A DNA stretch of 64,000 nucleotides from Bugula neritina. Its lineage: Eukaryota; Animalia; Bryozoa. Both the position numbers and the translations under genes were made by a program. The DNA is taken from positions 3,253,538 through 3,317,537 of the forward strand of contig OZ037772.1 in assembly GCA_964035545.1 (NCBI GenBank), written 5' to 3'. Position 1 is the stretch's first letter. Each line of letters begins with the position of its first letter. A model generated the notes under the pieces. The model searched no databases. It was not told the origin of the DNA and was given only the letters and a program-made list of their open reading frames with translations. Below are positions 63,890 to 64,000 of the stretch, one piece after another.

Positions 63890-64000
63890 CCCTGATTTAG
63901 GAAGGGACAATATCGGCGGAAATGTCCTTGATTTCCGCACTCCCAGCAAAAACTGACTGTTTCTCCCTGTGGCGGCGCCGATGGCCGCATGGGCTCTGGG
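63838..64000 (-). CDS. gag: C-terminus of Gag of copy 3 with CCHC knuckle (partial)
   Basis: Minus-strand translation ...FCWECGNQGHFRRYCPFLNQGLNY...TGA at 63838-63840. Confidence 0.85.
   Translation of the reverse strand, partial: PEPMRPSAPPQGETVSFCWECGNQGHFRRYCPFLNQGLNYRGPQMFPPSAGRR

Larger units (their letters stand above)
57622..64000 (-). mobile_element. Ty3/Gypsy LTR retrotransposon copy 3 (divergent subfamily), 5' end outside the window
   Basis: 306-bp 3' LTR at 57622-57927 flanked by ATAT (57618-57621), polypurine tract, uninterrupted pol. Confidence 0.96.

Overview
Eukaryotic DNA (GT-AG introns; probably an invertebrate animal, which is an inference), dominated by transposable elements. 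It holds three copies of one Ty3/Gypsy family: a deleted copy at 1-4792 (+), a full-length copy at 48553-55991 (+) and a divergent, probably recombinant copy at 57622-64000 (-). Every visible insertion flank of this family is ATAT. Two pol-less, gag-carrying LTR elements lie at 13217-21898 and 46954-57282. A multi-level nest of TTAA-flanked Kolobok-like DNA transposons spans 7453-25163, and several MITEs and minisatellites are scattered through the window. Host-type sequences are an intact 7-coding-exon TRIM gene (RING, two B-boxes, coiled coil, beta-propeller; 27780-36491, +) and an intron-containing, disabled valyl-tRNA synthetase fragment (40645-46658, -). The most notable signal is a third gene in the env position of the Gypsy family that encodes a C2H2-type zinc-finger plus coiled-coil protein instead of an envelope. 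Two divergent copies both have a branch point and a phase-1 splice acceptor in front of it, and a phase-1 donor early in gag joins it in frame (278 aa), suggesting an env-style subgenomic mRNA for a regulatory accessory protein. All alignments and identities were judged by eye; no database searches were run.
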